64,000 nucleotides of DNA from a virus (lineage: Duplodnaviria; Heunggongvirae; Uroviricota; Caudoviricetes): the IMG/VR virus record IMGVR_UViG_3300017987_005500; one strand, written 5' to 3'. A program made the position numbers and the translations under genes. The notes beneath the pieces were generated by a model. The model was not told the DNA's origin and did not search any database. It saw only the letters and a program-made list of their open reading frames with translations. Below, one piece after another: positions 63,076-64,000 of this stretch. The first letter of the stretch is position 1, and every line of letters starts with the position of its first letter.

Positions 63076-63550
63076 AATATGTTTTCCAATGCAGTTGAGT
63101 AAAATTCTATTCATGATTAGATATAATAATTTTATGTTTAATACAATATGGTCAAATGTCTTAAGATACAATTTTATTTAATAAATGATTCGATTAATTT
63201 GAATTAGGTTCGATCCATTTACATAGTATTGTATGGAATAAAATACATAATTTGATGGGTTAGGATGTGATAGCTTATGGTATTATTGAATACAATTTTA
63301 TTAATAATTTCATATGATAAAACTCCATATTATTCTATTCTGTCGGGTTACATTCGATCAAATGTATAAAATATTCGTAATTGGATTCTTTGGGATTTAT
63401 TAAGTTTCGATCCTTTTACATCTCATTCTATTTAATAAATCTTTAATATGACTCTATTTGATTAGATGGAGTTCATTAGCACCCTTTTTAATCTAATAAA
63501 ATATACTTTATTTTATATTACTGTATGAGTTTGGGTAATATGAAATCAAC

Positions 63551-63597
63551 AAATAAGGAATATAATAAAATTAAAATAAAAATATCAAACCTTATTT
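63551..63597 (+). repeat. 47-nt non-periodic element, copy 2
   Basis: Near-identical to copy 1, 522 nt downstream. Confidence 0.8.
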
Positions 63598-64000
63598 ATA
63601 ATACCATCCTAAAAGATGTAATTTTATAACATTCTATTTAATAAATCTCTATTAGGATTGAATCTGATATCATGCAGTTGGATAAGTTCCAATAAAATTG
63701 TGTTTTATATATCATAGAATATTATTCATTGATATCCGTTATCTTATAATCCTGTGTCATATAATATCATAAACCATTAATACTTTATTATACTGTATTA
63801 TATCTTATCCAATTATATGAAATCTCATCCACATGGTATAAAATGTGATAGCTTATGGTATTATTGGATACAATTTCATTGATCATTGGATACTTTTGGA
63901 TTCATTCCGATGTCTTATGATCCTATTCAATGTTATTTATATTTTAATTACATCACATTGATTATGTTCCGATCCGTTAGAATTAAATTAAATGCGATTC

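Larger units (their letters stand above)
61110..64000 (+). ncRNA. Pentamer-periodic guide-like array, about 45-50 units of (N-AY-NN)n-AY, running off the window end
   Basis: No ORF in the track past 61.2 kb; in-phase runs such as cgaat ccgat cctat gacat tctat gttgt ataat agaat ccgac gcaat cacat; phase resets by +2 at 7-nt junctions (tcacaat, gcacaat, tcataat, aaattat); units decode to in-frame foreign coding fragments. Confidence 0.88.

Noticed and set aside
63115-63186. Guide targeting a sigma70 promoter (decodes to TTGACT-17nt-TATCTA)
   Set aside because: The -10 match is poor, and the unit also reads as coding with one wobble-position stop; cannot decide.
61110-64000. Classical CRISPR repeat-spacer array
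   Set aside because: No constant 25-40-nt direct repeat; the conserved element is a dinucleotide every 5 nt.
61110-64000. Degenerate microsatellite, origin or low-complexity DNA
   Set aside because: Variable positions are information-rich, phase resets regularly by +2, and units decode to recognisable conserved protein motifs with synonymous variation.
61110-64000. Decoding in the forward orientation, or self-targeting within the window
   Set aside because: Forward reading of the units I tried gave Ser/Phe/Pro-rich strings with no motifs; I recognised none of the decoded peptides in this window's ORFs (not exhaustive).
1-64000. Stop-codon reassignment, introns/inteins in RNAP or terminase, tRNA genes
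   Set aside because: Genes are intact and tightly packed in the standard code, with TAA, TAG and TGA all used as stops; no splicing signatures or cloverleafs recognised.

Overview
AT-rich (~30% GC) segment of a jumbo myophage genome. 1-35.9 kb (+ strand) is a replication/transcription/accessory region: type II topoisomerase A subunit, orphan Phd/YefM antitoxin, HNH-QueD fusion, SF2 helicase, Mre11/Rad50 (gp47/gp46), radical SAM enzyme, a ubiquitin-like conjugation operon (E2-JAB-E1-Ubl) plus a second ThiF/E2-like pair, unsplit multisubunit RNA polymerase beta' and beta, FolE2, a methyltransferase and DUF932. 36-59.7 kb is a T4-like morphogenesis region (terminase, tape measure, baseplate, tail tube, tail sheath) with a probable +1 frameshifted tail chaperone. 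The main discovery is at 59.9-64 kb. A solitary Cas7/Csm3-like RAMP gene and a 71-aa ORF are followed by a non-coding array of at least 2.9 kb, with about 45-50 units of grammar (N-AY-NN)n-AY. Deleting the AY spacers and reverse-complementing turns most units into an in-frame 7-19-codon fragment of a foreign gene. Recognisable examples are HsdM ACDTFRGVVD, TGT/DpdA DSGGFQV, SAM-MTase LDIGSGS, Flp pilin EGAAAVEYA, DUF2815 SSB RDGDVDRP, GHKL AIAECIDN and integrase FGFHAI[R]HL. This looks like a codon-phased, interrupted guide-RNA array for a phage RNA-guided system (VIPR-like, but with a different grammar). All decoding was done by hand, and the family labels are motif recognition, not database hits.
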